Of a DNA stretch of 64,000 nt, positions 43,606 through 53,993 are shown one piece after another. The DNA is taken from positions 1 to 64,000 of the IMG/VR virus record IMGVR_UViG_3300032268_001296. One strand, given 5' to 3'. This DNA comes from a virus. The notes under the pieces were generated by a model. That model was not told the origin of the DNA. It made no database searches and saw only the letters and a program-made list of their open reading frames with translations. Position numbers and translations under genes: made by a program. The stretch's first letter is position 1, and every line of letters starts with the position of its first letter.

Positions 43606-44345
43606 TGTTCTTCAAATGATTCCCAGCAGAATTCCTCGCTGCCGAAATGGTTTAGGTTGGGGGATGAGAGCGTAGCTTGCTTTCCGAAGCTACGATTACA
43701 AATAGCTTTATAAGTTTGAAGAGCTTCACAGTCAGACCGATACCTATAGTAAATAGATTTTGCCAACTGGACGTTACTATTTCTTATTGAAGCGTAATCT
43801 ACAACAGCCTTTTCAATCATTTCATCGAAAGGTAGACCGTTTCTTTCGACAAAATATACTGGATTAATATCTTGAAAATCTGGAGTGCAGTTTGCTAGAT
43901 AAAGATGATTCCTAAAAATAAAAGAATCATAAAATGGCACAGCCAAAAGCATATTCTGAGTCCACAAGCGACAGAGATCTTCATTTGTCACGACGCCATC
44001 ATATTCAGTATTAATATGGCTGTAAAAGGAATACAGATCTCGACAACCCTGATCATTAAGAGCAAATGCGATAAGCTTGTGATGAGAATCTGAAGAATTC
44101 TTATCTGTGCAGCAAGAGAATCTATAACCAAAAATAAGCTTAAATCCAAGCTCCTTTGCCTTCTTGAAGGCATCAAAGAAGCCGATCATTGAATCTTCTA
44201 CTAGATAGACAGTATCTAGCTTTGCATCTTGCGCTATAGAAAAAATACTATCTGGACCATCATCGCGAACTTTGTCGGGATGGTCCAGAGTCAGAATACT
44301 TTTTCCAATTGAATTGGTAGATTTAAATAGTGGAATCATTCTCAT
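43602..44345 (-). CDS. stand-alone PHP domain of DNA polymerase III alpha
   Basis: S.GKS.L, K.IFG, H.LIAFA.N.QG..L and S.YY..D.EA match the DnaE N-terminus; metal ligands degenerate. Confidence 0.75.
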   Translation of the reverse strand: MRMIPLFKSTNSIGKSILTLDHPDKVRDDGPDSIFSIAQDAKLDTVYLVEDSMIGFFDAFKKAKELGFKLIFGYRFSCCTDKNSSDSHHKLIAFALNDQGCRDLYSFYSHINTEYDGVVTNEDLCRLWTQNMLLAVPFYDSFIFRNHLYLANCTPDFQDINPVYFVERNGLPFDEMIEKAVVDYASIRNSNVQLAKSIYYRYRSDCEALQTYKAICNRSFGKQATLSSPNLNHFGSEEFCWESFEEQ

Positions 44346-44395
44346 TGAAGAGAATACCATAACCACGCCGCAAGTCAATCATTAATGCAGGATTT

Positions 44396-45499
44396 TTATT
44401 TTTTAGAAGAATAAGCTTTTTTATTGAATGCTGGGCATCCAGCATAATAACGCTTCTCAAAAGTATGCTTTTCTGGAACTAAAGAAATTTCAAACTCATT
44501 TTCATGATATGATTTTACAAGCTTTCCACTTTCATTTAAAATGGCAATATAATGAAAATCAAACTTCATTGGACAATGCCACATTGGAGTTCCATCTTTC
44601 TTAAGTTGCCCTTTGACTTTTGCGAAACCGCATTGAAGTGGACCGCTAAATGAGTTATCAGATGGAAATGGTTGAGTTGCTGCAAGGTTTCCACAGGAAT
44701 CTTTTTCTGTGAAATTATCAAGATAAGCCTGCATTCCGCTTAACTGATACTCAAATCCAGAAAGATCGTCTTCTGAGATAGGTTGCATTAAAACGACTCC
44801 ACAGCCTTTTTCCCTCTTCTTATCAAGAAGGCTGTTTGCACCATACCTAAGCTTAGCTGATTTTTTATCATCAAGATCAAATTTCAAAAACAAGAATTCA
44901 CTCTGTCTATTTTGATAATCTGGATAAAGATGTTTCACAGCAAGACTATACATGTAGTCTTGAAGATTATCAGAAATTTCCTTACCTTTAAAGACTTGCT
45001 TGCTGCTTTTAAAGTCTCGAATCAAAGCAAACTTGTTTTCTTTATACAAGAACAGCTTATCAATGAACCCTTTGATTTTGTACTTAATCCCCTCATCCTC
45101 TGAAACATGAACGATTTCGAAATCTTTTTCTGAAATAGCTTCTGTTGGGATATTAGAGTTTTCTCCATAGAAATCATATTCTAGACCATTTAAGGTCATT
45201 TCCTTGATCATCTCAATATTCTCTTCATCATCTACGCCAGATTTTTTTGCGTGTTTTAAAACCAAGCGCTTCACAGACTCAACGGCAAAGATATCTTCTT
45301 CTTCAATAATTTTTTGGTATGTCTTCTTTCGACGAGGCTCGCCCAACAATTCAAAAACTAAGTGACAGATTGATCCTCTCTTAGCTCCATCGTTTGATGA
45401 ATCAGGCAGGCTCAATTTATACTTTGCCCAATACAACCAACTACAAGATTGAGCGGTTTTGATTCTACTGGCAGACAAAGGTGTTTCTGGATTACTCAT
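44396..45499 (-). CDS. PD-(D/E)xK exonuclease (RecB/Cas4-like)
   Basis: LSASRIK...C, G...H, KGFIDKL...DFKS and Q..MY. Confidence 0.82.
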   Translation of the reverse strand: MSNPETPLSASRIKTAQSCSWLYWAKYKLSLPDSSNDGAKRGSICHLVFELLGEPRRKKTYQKIIEEEDIFAVESVKRLVLKHAKKSGVDDEENIEMIKEMTLNGLEYDFYGENSNIPTEAISEKDFEIVHVSEDEGIKYKIKGFIDKLFLYKENKFALIRDFKSSKQVFKGKEISDNLQDYMYSLAVKHLYPDYQNRQSEFLFLKFDLDDKKSAKLRYGANSLLDKKREKGCGVVLMQPISEDDLSGFEYQLSGMQAYLDNFTEKDSCGNLAATQPFPSDNSFSGPLQCGFAKVKGQLKKDGTPMWHCPMKFDFHYIAILNESGKLVKSYHENEFEISLVPEKHTFEKRYYAGCPAFNKKAYSSKK

Positions 45500-46568
45500 A
45501 ATTTTCGATTAGTTTGATCAAAGAAGCAGCCTCTTTCTGTTTAAAAAAGTTCATGTATTTTTTAACATACGAATGAAGATTTTGAAGATAATTCTTTTTA
45601 TCAGTTTCTGTATTATACCAAGATTTAAGATCTTCTCCACTTTGATAAGCATCAGATAGATCATTAAATCCTTCTGGCGGCATTCGGATCTCCAAACAAT
45701 CAAAGTCAAAATAAGGACGAAGAGACATCAAAATCTTAACCGCTCCTTTGTATCCATGATTTGTGGAAGAATGAAAATCGTTATTTGTAGAAATAATAAT
45801 CTTCTTGATTGGCATGGAATTTAGATAAGCAATAATTGAAGAGCTGCATCCAATTCCAAAAGTAACAATATTATTTTTAACTCCAGATTCAAAAAGAGCC
45901 ATGCTATCTCCGATACTTTCCACAAGAACAACTTCTTGCTTTTCTTTAATCACAGAATCAATAGAAGATTCGTTTGGAATATAAGCTGGATATACCCAGT
46001 TCTTTCTCTTCCCAAGATGCTTCCACTTTGGAGAAAGTTCATTTCCTTCGTCAATTTTACGACCACTAAACCCAATAATTTGGGAATGCTCATTGTATAT
46101 AGGAAATACCATTCTTCGATACATTTTTCCAGCACCAGCAAGTCCAGTTTTGTAGAACTTCAAAGTGTCTTCTGAGAAGCCCTTTTTGGTGTAAAAGTTA
46201 TAATTTGGGAAAAGTTTTTGAAGGATTTCTTTTGGGTATATTTCTTCCATTTCGATAGTTTCTTTTTTAATGTAAACAAATTCATCGGACTTCTTCAAAG
46301 AAGCTGTGATTTCATTGATCTTTTTCTTATCCGAACCAATAGTAAGTTGCAGTAGCTTTTCGAAAGGAAGAGATTTTCCTCCATTTACGAAATCAGTCCA
46401 GACTCCAGTATTTTTATAGATACGAATCGACATTCTATTGTCGCCGCCTCTATACAAAGCATTGGTTCTCCAATGATTTCCAAAATCAACCAGAGTATAT
46501 CCAATTGTTTCTAGAGTAGATTGGATTTGAGATGGATCAACCGAAGTCTGGGATTGAGTCGTTGTCAT
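45492..46568 (-). CDS. DNA primase (DnaG-like, Toprim)
   Basis: R.VFPI...IGFSGR, PKW and VLVES.GD; N-terminal domain lacks the CHC2 cysteines. Confidence 0.82.
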   Translation of the reverse strand: MTTTQSQTSVDPSQIQSTLETIGYTLVDFGNHWRTNALYRGGDNRMSIRIYKNTGVWTDFVNGGKSLPFEKLLQLTIGSDKKKINEITASLKKSDEFVYIKKETIEMEEIYPKEILQKLFPNYNFYTKKGFSEDTLKFYKTGLAGAGKMYRRMVFPIYNEHSQIIGFSGRKIDEGNELSPKWKHLGKRKNWVYPAYIPNESSIDSVIKEKQEVVLVESIGDSMALFESGVKNNIVTFGIGCSSSIIAYLNSMPIKKIIISTNNDFHSSTNHGYKGAVKILMSLRPYFDFDCLEIRMPPEGFNDLSDAYQSGEDLKSWYNTETDKKNYLQNLHSYVKKYMNFFKQKEAASLIKLIENYE

Positions 46569-48045
46569 TTTCGTCTAGTTCCAAGCGTCCTTCTGCAAGA
46601 GCAGCAATATCTCGAAGATCTCCTCTTTCTGTAATACAGAAGTTTTTGAATTCAAGATTGATAAAATTCTTTCTAAGAGTATCGCCAATCTGAACTGGTT
46701 CAACTGCTCCAGCAATATCTTTTCCAAGATGTCGAGCTTTTACGTTGATAAATTTATGAGTTCCAAAGCTGCGACCTTCGATCTCAATTTCATCAGCTGT
46801 TTTATTTCTCAAGATAAACATGTGGGAGCAGAACTGAGTGATTCTGTCAGAAAGAGAGACGATGCTTTCATCGTCAACAATATTTTGAGACTGACGATTA
46901 TTTGTAATACCGCTTCTGTTAGATTGAACAGAAGTAATCATTGGAATAACTGGATTTCCATCATGAAGAATTTCTTTTTGGATACACTTCTTGAATTTAT
47001 CAACCATTTCGCCAACGATCTGCCATTCGTTCTTTCCTCCAGAAGCTTCTGATGTAGTTTTGATATAGTCGAAAGAAAAGATCATTTGATTGCCTCTGCC
47101 GACTTTACCGTAGTAAAACCTCTTAAGAGTTTTAATCATAGAATCTACATCCATACCGCCAACATTGTAGTAATAGAATTTCATAGACTTGATCTTTGGC
47201 CAAGCTTCACGAACTTTGTTTACCACATCTTGACCAGCTCTGCGCCAATCTCCAGTTTCGAGCAAATGCATGGGAACACCAGTAATGGCAGCGCATTGAC
47301 GCATGATAAGTTCTTCTTTGCTCATTTCTCCATTATCAAAATGAAGAACGGGAACACCATATTTAATGCCGACCTTAGTGCTATAATCCATGCACCACTG
47401 AGTCTTACCAACACCAGAACGAGCAACAACAACTGTGATGTTGCCAGGTCTAAGCAAAGAACCATAAATCTGATTGATCTTTTCATGCGGACCCATCATC
47501 CCGAATTCTTTAATCGGATTGTTTCCGCGCTCCTCAATCATAGCCTCCATCTCATCATAGATGTTTTCTGGAGTGTCATTGCCAATTTCGTATAGATTAA
47601 TACGAGAATTATAAACATTGTCTGCTTGCTCAATAATTTGAGAATAAGGAGTTTCTGGAGAAACCGACTTCATCTTTTTCGCAATTTCCTGAGCAGACTC
47701 AAAAATCTCGCGCCTAATCGTAAACTTCTTCAACTCTTTAGCAGTTTTGATCAAGTTGCCTTTTGGAACTTTTCTCAAAGCGAGAGAGCGAATATAATCT
47801 GATGGATTAACTCGATCCTCAAAAGACAAACCCAAAGTGCTAATTCTTTGAGCGATAATGACTTCATCGATCTGCTCCCCAGAATCAATAGATTGCTTCA
47901 CAATCGTAAAGATTGTGCTGTGAAGATTAGAATCTTCTGAATAAAAGTCTTTCGAGCTAATAAAATTAGAAATTTCAGAGTAGCTTTCTGGCTCTTTAAT
48001 CAAAGCCGCAAGAAGTTGTTTTTCTAACTCAAGATTATATATCAT
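46537..48045 (-). CDS. dnaB: replicative DNA helicase
   Basis: N-terminal E..LL...DFY domain; ARSGVGKT, EMS, FDYI and QSNR. Confidence 0.88.
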   Translation of the reverse strand: MIYNLELEKQLLAALIKEPESYSEISNFISSKDFYSEDSNLHSTIFTIVKQSIDSGEQIDEVIIAQRISTLGLSFEDRVNPSDYIRSLALRKVPKGNLIKTAKELKKFTIRREIFESAQEIAKKMKSVSPETPYSQIIEQADNVYNSRINLYEIGNDTPENIYDEMEAMIEERGNNPIKEFGMMGPHEKINQIYGSLLRPGNITVVVARSGVGKTQWCMDYSTKVGIKYGVPVLHFDNGEMSKEELIMRQCAAITGVPMHLLETGDWRRAGQDVVNKVREAWPKIKSMKFYYYNVGGMDVDSMIKTLKRFYYGKVGRGNQMIFSFDYIKTTSEASGGKNEWQIVGEMVDKFKKCIQKEILHDGNPVIPMITSVQSNRSGITNNRQSQNIVDDESIVSLSDRITQFCSHMFILRNKTADEIEIEGRSFGTHKFINVKARHLGKDIAGAVEPVQIGDTLRKNFINLEFKNFCITERGDLRDIAALAEGRLELDENDNDSIPDFG

Positions 48046-48079
48046 ATCCAATTATTGCTATGTATTTCGAAAAGTCAAT

Positions 48080-48487
48080 CTACAAAATCACCCCAAACGA
48101 CTCAAAAAGCTCAGCACAAATTTTATCGCTTGGATAAATCTCCACGAGATTGATATTATTTATTTGGCAAAATCTGAGTTTTTTATCGTCTCGCTTTAAC
48201 TGCTCAAGATACTTCATTCGATTTCCATGAAAGAATTTAACATATTTAGTATGCTGAGCGCCCTGCACTTCAATTGCAACTTTTTTGCTTGCGTTGTAAA
48301 AGTCAAAAGAAAGCCGAGTTCCGACTAATTTGAATTCCTCAAAAACAATATCAGATCTCCAGTAAGGATATAAAAAATCCTTAACAGAGAACTGAAACTT
48401 GCTCTTACTTTCCGCTTCCCATTTTACCAAATACTTCCTTGCATTTCTAAGCTCAGCTGTCGATCCAGAAAGAGTTTTAAACTTCAT
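48080..48487 (-). CDS. Vsr/DUF559-like endonuclease
   Basis: FDFY....AIEVQG.QH...RD..K. Confidence 0.7.
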   Translation of the reverse strand: MKFKTLSGSTAELRNARKYLVKWEAESKSKFQFSVKDFLYPYWRSDIVFEEFKLVGTRLSFDFYNASKKVAIEVQGAQHTKYVKFFHGNRMKYLEQLKRDDKKLRFCQINNINLVEIYPSDKICAELFESFGVIL

Positions 48488-49610
48488 TAGAAATTGTTTT
48501 TTTAAAGTAATTAGTCAAGAAATCACAGAGCTTTTTGTCTGACTCGATAAAGCTGAAAAGAGCGTCTTGACCTTGGATCTTTTCAAACGGAGGGAATCCA
48601 TTTTCTTGCAGAAGCTCATTAAACTCTTCTGTCGGAGAAATCCAAGAAGTCTTTTTGGTCAAAAATTCCCAAAGGAACAGCAAATCAACAATTTCTTTTT
48701 CCACCCAAATAGAGCTTCCATTTGTTCTTCCATATTTAATTGGATAGGGAATTGTTAGATTTGTTTTTTCGTTTGGTGATTTTTTGACAGTGACTTTTGC
48801 AAAGTGTCCAACAATTGGATTGTTCACCAAATCGATTTTGTTTTCAGCTGGATTTTTAAGAATCAAATCTCCCTTGTTTCTCGGTTCAAATTCAAGAATC
48901 CAGTTGGCAAAGTGAAGAAGCGCGTTTCCTCCTGTTGCAGAAGTTTGACGAATAGGAGCTTTTGAATATGGATCTAGCTTAATATCCGCTCGAACTTGAC
49001 TAATGAATACAGCAATATGCCCACGCTTTGCCAAACCAATAGAAAGACGCTTCATGAAGTTTGCAGCAATTACAGCTCCTCCAGCAACCTTATTTGAATC
49101 TTCAAAGCTTTTGTCTAAGTCCCCTTTGGAAATGAGACCGTCAACAGAATCGAGAAGGAAATAATAAACATTTCCTTCTTCGTTTTTTGCAACCAATTGT
49201 CTCATTACATCGACAACTGTTTCATAAATATTGCTTTCAAATACGAAGCAAGTTCCTTGTTCCCATTCATCTGCACTAAAAACAAACTTGATTCCAGATC
49301 GCTCCTGCATTTCTTGAGAAAGCCGACCTTCTGCTTTAATATAAAAGCCTTTTGCTTTTGGAGTCTTTTCTAAGAAATTTTTCATAAAGGAAAGAGCTGC
49401 ACTTGTCTTGCCTCCCTCATTCATTCCAACAAATCTATGCAGACCTGGCCCAAGACCACCTCCTAAATGAAGATCTAATTGAAGAGAACCGCTAGAGACT
49501 TTGTAGTCAATGGCTTCTTCAAAATTGTAGTGATCTGTAGCGTTTTGCTTTAAAAACGAATTTAAAATATCGCTTGACTTCTGGACTTCTTTTTCTTTGG
49601 CTTTACTCAT
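48477..49610 (-). CDS. RecA/UvsX-like recombinase
   Basis: SSGSL.LD..LGGG, G.NEGGKT, LDSV, ISQVR and TGGNAL.H. Confidence 0.88.
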   Translation of the reverse strand: MSKAKEKEVQKSSDILNSFLKQNATDHYNFEEAIDYKVSSGSLQLDLHLGGGLGPGLHRFVGMNEGGKTSAALSFMKNFLEKTPKAKGFYIKAEGRLSQEMQERSGIKFVFSADEWEQGTCFVFESNIYETVVDVMRQLVAKNEEGNVYYFLLDSVDGLISKGDLDKSFEDSNKVAGGAVIAANFMKRLSIGLAKRGHIAVFISQVRADIKLDPYSKAPIRQTSATGGNALLHFANWILEFEPRNKGDLILKNPAENKIDLVNNPIVGHFAKVTVKKSPNEKTNLTIPYPIKYGRTNGSSIWVEKEIVDLLFLWEFLTKKTSWISPTEEFNELLQENGFPPFEKIQGQDALFSFIESDKKLCDFLTNYFKKTISNEV

Positions 49611-49953
49611 GTAAAAAATCTTTAATTGTTTTAGTTAATTTGGGAACATGACAGTCATCCCCAACCTTATCACCTAGATGATAATCTTCATACTTAGAAA
49701 GATCAACACAATAATTAAAAGCTCTGAATTTTTGATCCATAGTTTCTTTTAGTTTATCGCATGCTATATAAGCCAAAGAATCAAACTTTCTGTCAAAAGA
49801 AACGATATTCATAAACTCAAGAGAATACCTTTCGCATAGATCATTTAAAAACTTCATTTCTCGCATATAAAACAAACGCTTGTCCTTTTGAGGAACAAGC
49901 GTAAGTCTGGCAAGTATGTGTTTTTTGTTGATTTTAGACTTGGCCATGCTCAA
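49603..49953 (-). CDS. hypothetical protein
   Basis: ORF coupled to recA. Confidence 0.6.
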   Translation of the reverse strand: MSMAKSKINKKHILARLTLVPQKDKRLFYMREMKFLNDLCERYSLEFMNIVSFDRKFDSLAYIACDKLKETMDQKFRAFNYCVDLSKYEDYHLGDKVGDDCHVPKLTKTIKDFLHE

Positions 49954-50983
49954 GTTTATACTCGTTCAAATCATTTGCAACCATTTTTTTGACCAAATCT
50001 TTGAACGAAGTTTTTGGAGTCCAACCTAATTCATTGCGAGCTTTAGTAGAATCTCCCAATAAAAGTTCCACTTCTGCTGGTCTATGAAACTTAGAATTAA
50101 TAACTAAAAGAACTCTACCAGTTTCGTTTTGACGAAATTCTTCTTGCAAACCATCGCCAAACCAAGTTCCTTTTATTCCAGCAGCTTCAAACGCTAATTC
50201 AACGAATTCACGAATGGAGTGGGTTTCATTGGAAGATAAAACGTATTCCTTTGGTTCTTTTTGATTAAGCATTTTCCAAACTCCATCTACAAAATCTTCT
50301 GCATCACTCCAATCTCTAAGCGCATCTAGATTACCTAATTCAAGAAGAGAAAAGGATTCTTGTTTGTCTATTGCGTTTTTTATTCTCGCTACATTTTTAG
50401 TGATTTTGCGAGTTACAAATTCTTCTCCTCTGCGAGTGCCTTCGTGATTGAATAACCAGCCCTGAATTGCATAAAGATCATACGAGTCTCTATATACTTT
50501 AACCAAATGTCGAGCAGAGGCTTTTGCTGCTCCATAAGGACTACGTGGACGAAGAGGATGCTCCTCTGACTGAGGAACAGTCACTACGTCGCCAAACTCT
50601 TCAGAAGAGCCAGCATTGTAGTATTTACACTTTGGAGCAAATTTTCTAATAGCTTCTAGTTGATACAAAACTGGCATACAGTTTGTATTAAAGTGATGTG
50701 TTGCCATAGTCCAGCTATTACCGACAAAAGAATTTGCAGCAAAATTAATAAAATAATCTGGTTTTTCTTGCCTTATTATTTCTTCAACATTTCCCTGATC
50801 AGTTATATCCAGATCGACTAACTTAAATCTTGGATTATGTATGAGATTTTGAATGTTTTTATGATTTGGAACACTCAATCTTCTTACTCCACCAATAATG
50901 ATATGATTTGTATTTTTGATGAGGTATTCCGCCAAGAATGAGCCGTCTTGACCTGTTACTCCAGTTATGATTATTTTTTTCAT
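49934..50983 (-). CDS. gmd: GDP-mannose 4,6-dehydratase
   Basis: ITGVTGQDGS.LA, PRSPYG.AK, LFNHE..RRGE.FVTRKIT, GNLDA.RDW and RPAEV..L.GD. Confidence 0.92.
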   Translation of the reverse strand: MKKIIITGVTGQDGSFLAEYLIKNTNHIIIGGVRRLSVPNHKNIQNLIHNPRFKLVDLDITDQGNVEEIIRQEKPDYFINFAANSFVGNSWTMATHHFNTNCMPVLYQLEAIRKFAPKCKYYNAGSSEEFGDVVTVPQSEEHPLRPRSPYGAAKASARHLVKVYRDSYDLYAIQGWLFNHEGTRRGEEFVTRKITKNVARIKNAIDKQESFSLLELGNLDALRDWSDAEDFVDGVWKMLNQKEPKEYVLSSNETHSIREFVELAFEAAGIKGTWFGDGLQEEFRQNETGRVLLVINSKFHRPAEVELLLGDSTKARNELGWTPKTSFKDLVKKMVANDLNEYKLEHGQV

Positions 50984-51459
50984 GAATCTCTTTTACTTAA
51001 AATAGGATTATCAATTGGCCAATGAATATTATATTTTGGATCATTCCATTTTAATGTGAATTGATCGTCGCAGTCAATATAATTTCCATCATATGATAAT
51101 TTATAATTATAAACGCAAAAATCAGAAAGAACCAAAAAACTATTTCCAAATCCAGCTGGGATTAATAATTGTTTTTTATTTTCAGAACTTAAAATGAAAG
51201 TTTTATGCTTTTCAAAATCTTTTGAATCTTTTCTATTATCTACTATTACAACAAAAATTTTGCCCCAAAGACATGTTATTAATTTTGTTGTAGAAAAATC
51301 TCCGTGAATTCCTACTAAGCTATTTTTGCATCTAGTAGCGATTTTATCATGATTGAATTTAATTTGATGATCTTTTTGATCAAAAATAGTATAAATCTCT
51401 CCTCTAAAATCTTCGAAAGATGTAAGTGTATATTCTTTTATATCGTTCAAGCTTTTCAT
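50980..51459 (-). CDS. NDP-sugar 3,5-epimerase (RmlC-like cupin)
   Basis: F.D.RG, G.HGD, IPAGFGN.F.VLS, WNDP...WP and LS.RD. Confidence 0.85.
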   Translation of the reverse strand: MKSLNDIKEYTLTSFEDFRGEIYTIFDQKDHQIKFNHDKIATRCKNSLVGIHGDFSTTKLITCLWGKIFVVIVDNRKDSKDFEKHKTFILSSENKKQLLIPAGFGNSFLVLSDFCVYNYKLSYDGNYIDCDDQFTLKWNDPKYNIHWPIDNPILSKRDS

Positions 51460-52367
51460 ATTGGCTTCCATATTACGAGGGTGTGACCTTCTATGAATTT
51501 ACTTCCATAATTAAGGCGCTTTACATCTAAGATAATAATTTTCTCTTCTTTTTCAAGTTCTCGAAGTCTTGTTAAATAATTTTTTAAATAATTGCGTTTT
51601 TCAAAATATTTCTTTGTAAGATAATCTTGCAAAATATTATCGTCTAAAACTTCAGAAATAGGCTCAAAATTAATACAAAGATCTGGCTTTTTATCAAGAA
51701 TATAATTAATAAATTTATCGTGTTTTTCTCCAATTTGTTCTAGAGATGCTACTGTATAAATGCATGAGCCAGAAATATCTACTGAATAATCTGGATCAAA
51801 ATAATTAAAATTTTTAGCATCTACATTTTTTATTTGATTAGATTCGCAATAAGAGCGAATAGCTTGCTGAGATGAATCCGTCCAATCTAGACCGCAAAAT
51901 TGTTTATCTCCCCATTCTTTTCTCAAACGGAAAAGATGATATCCTGTTCCACAACCAAATTCAAATATTTTGTCAAACTTTTCTGCATATTCAAAAAGTA
52001 CAGCATCAACAAAAAAAGAATTTAACTGGTAATCAAAATCTTGAATATAATTTTTAATAATTTTGCCATTAAATTTAGCAATATTATTTTTCGTATGATA
52101 CTTTGGAATTAATGAAGAAAATTCACCAGAATCTACGAACTCGGAAACATTTTCAGCCCAACCTCTTTCCCATTGATCTTTACGCGAATCTCCTGCTTGA
52201 ATCAAGTCTTTGTTAAGGGTTTTGATATATTCGAGAATATAGTCTTTAAGATCCTCGATTGAAAGATAATTATAGATCAAGCGCGAACTTGCTATTCTTT
52301 TAATCAAATTTCTATTCTTGATTCGGAATCCTAAACTTTTTTCAATTGTTTTTTTATTGACTATCAT
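51456..52367 (-). CDS. class I SAM-dependent methyltransferase
   Basis: IFEFGCGTG, GLDW and SLEQ. Confidence 0.78.
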   Translation of the reverse strand: MIVNKKTIEKSLGFRIKNRNLIKRIASSRLIYNYLSIEDLKDYILEYIKTLNKDLIQAGDSRKDQWERGWAENVSEFVDSGEFSSLIPKYHTKNNIAKFNGKIIKNYIQDFDYQLNSFFVDAVLFEYAEKFDKIFEFGCGTGYHLFRLRKEWGDKQFCGLDWTDSSQQAIRSYCESNQIKNVDAKNFNYFDPDYSVDISGSCIYTVASLEQIGEKHDKFINYILDKKPDLCINFEPISEVLDDNILQDYLTKKYFEKRNYLKNYLTRLRELEKEEKIIILDVKRLNYGSKFIEGHTLVIWKPI

Positions 52368-53274
52368 GAGCGAGATTTTTTATGCCTTGATATAAAGGAA
52401 TTGTGTTGAGCGTTCCAAATTCTTTTTCATATCTTTCGATAGATACTATAACATCTTTAGGGCTATCTTTAAAGCTATTTTTTGGATCGCCAAGTTTTAT
52501 TTTTCTACTAAATACGTCGGCAACAATTTGAGCTATTTCTTTAATTGTTGTTTTTTCTGATCCTCCAATGTTATATAGATTATTTTTACTAGATTTTGTA
52601 ATATTAGCAATAGCTGTTATACAATCATCGATATGGATATACCTTCGGATCGCTGAGCCATCATCCATTAATTGGATATCCCCGCTTCTAGCCTTGTTTA
52701 TGAACTCTGAAAGGACTCGTTTATCGTCTTCTTTGAATCCCTTACCGTAGCAAAGGCATATTCTCAAACTTTTAGCTTCAATCCTAGAATTAAAACTTAA
52801 AATAGACTCACCAAAAAGTTTACTAAGAATATAACAATTTCTTGAGTTATGAGGGTTGATTGTGATTGGAGAGTCTTCGGTATTTAATTCTGATCCAGAA
52901 TATACTTCGCTACTACTCATAAAAATAAACTTCCCACCATCAATAACTTTTTCAGAAAGTTTTTGAGTCGATAGTGTATTTAAAGAAAAAGTCTTTTCTG
53001 GATTCATGCAAAACTTTTGCGGTTGACCATAACCAGCACAATGGAAAATGACATCAAACATTGGTAGCCTTTTGATGGCATCTAAGTCTGTTATGTCGAA
53101 ACGATTTAGGATAAATGAATTATTTTTAAAATCTTCTGCTATATCTGATAAATAGTTTAAAAAGATTTCACAATTACTTGATGATCTGATAGACTTAGCC
53201 AAATTCGAGCCAATAACCCCAGATCCACCAGTAATTAATATTTTTTTGTTATTTAAAAAAGAAAAACTATTCAT
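52354..53274 (-). CDS. NAD-dependent epimerase/dehydratase
   Basis: ITGGSGVIG, SSSEVY and YILSK. Confidence 0.88.
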   Translation of the reverse strand: MNSFSFLNNKKILITGGSGVIGSNLAKSIRSSSNCEIFLNYLSDIAEDFKNNSFILNRFDITDLDAIKRLPMFDVIFHCAGYGQPQKFCMNPEKTFSLNTLSTQKLSEKVIDGGKFIFMSSSEVYSGSELNTEDSPITINPHNSRNCYILSKLFGESILSFNSRIEAKSLRICLCYGKGFKEDDKRVLSEFINKARSGDIQLMDDGSAIRRYIHIDDCITAIANITKSSKNNLYNIGGSEKTTIKEIAQIVADVFSRKIKLGDPKNSFKDSPKDVIVSIERYEKEFGTLNTIPLYQGIKNLAHDSQ

Positions 53275-53993
53275 AAATTTTGCTCTACAGTCAATATATT
53301 AGATTCGGAATATTCTTTCACTTCATCATTTCTTGTTAAAGAAAATTGATTATTTTCAGACCAAAGATTAATTATAACTGGCCTATCTACACCCCAAAAT
53401 TTACTGCATAGACTGCTATTATCTTTTTTTTGAAATTCAGTATTTTCATTGCAGATATAATCAACAAATACTGTTTTATACCCAGCTAAAGAAAGCCTCA
53501 TATATAAATCTAATTCACCCATTACTCCCATAAATCTTCTATCTATTCCTCCAACTTTTTTATAAGCCTCTCTAGGGTAGAGCCCACAGACAGGCAAAAG
53601 AGGTAAATAATTTGAAGCTTGACCAGCAATATTTTGATATTGAGTATAATCGAGATGTATATCTTGATAGTAATGACATGTGGCCATAGAACTTGGATTA
53701 TTTTTTACCACATCATACATTGCTTCAATAGCTCCATCTTGGTAATCAATATCATCTACAATCTGCAATAACATTTCTCCTTCACAAAAAAATGCTGAAG
53801 CGTGTTGGCATTGAGATGGCTTTAAATCACTTTTAAAAAATCTAATTTCAGGCGGCAATTCAAAATCTGGTTCAATTGGACCAACAATTACTATTTCAAA
53901 ATTTAAATTTGTTTTAGCAATCATTTCGTGTATTCTCATCCATCTATAGGGTCTAATAGATGTCATATAAGCACTAATATTAATTTTTTTCAT
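53271..53993 (-). CDS. GT-A (family 2-like) glycosyltransferase
   Basis: EIVIV, VDD and VGG.D.RF...ELDL..R. Confidence 0.7.
   Translation of the reverse strand: MKKINISAYMTSIRPYRWMRIHEMIAKTNLNFEIVIVGPIEPDFELPPEIRFFKSDLKPSQCQHASAFFCEGEMLLQIVDDIDYQDGAIEAMYDVVKNNPSSMATCHYYQDIHLDYTQYQNIAGQASNYLPLLPVCGLYPREAYKKVGGIDRRFMGVMGELDLYMRLSLAGYKTVFVDYICNENTEFQKKDNSSLCSKFWGVDRPVIINLWSENNQFSLTRNDEVKEYSESNILTVEQNL

Noticed and set aside
44396-45499. CRISPR-Cas system suggested by a Cas4-like nuclease
   Set aside because: No repeat-spacer array or other cas genes; the replication context fits a phage exonuclease
40418-48045. Inteins in DnaE or DnaB
   Set aside because: No intein terminal motifs or unexplained insertions were seen
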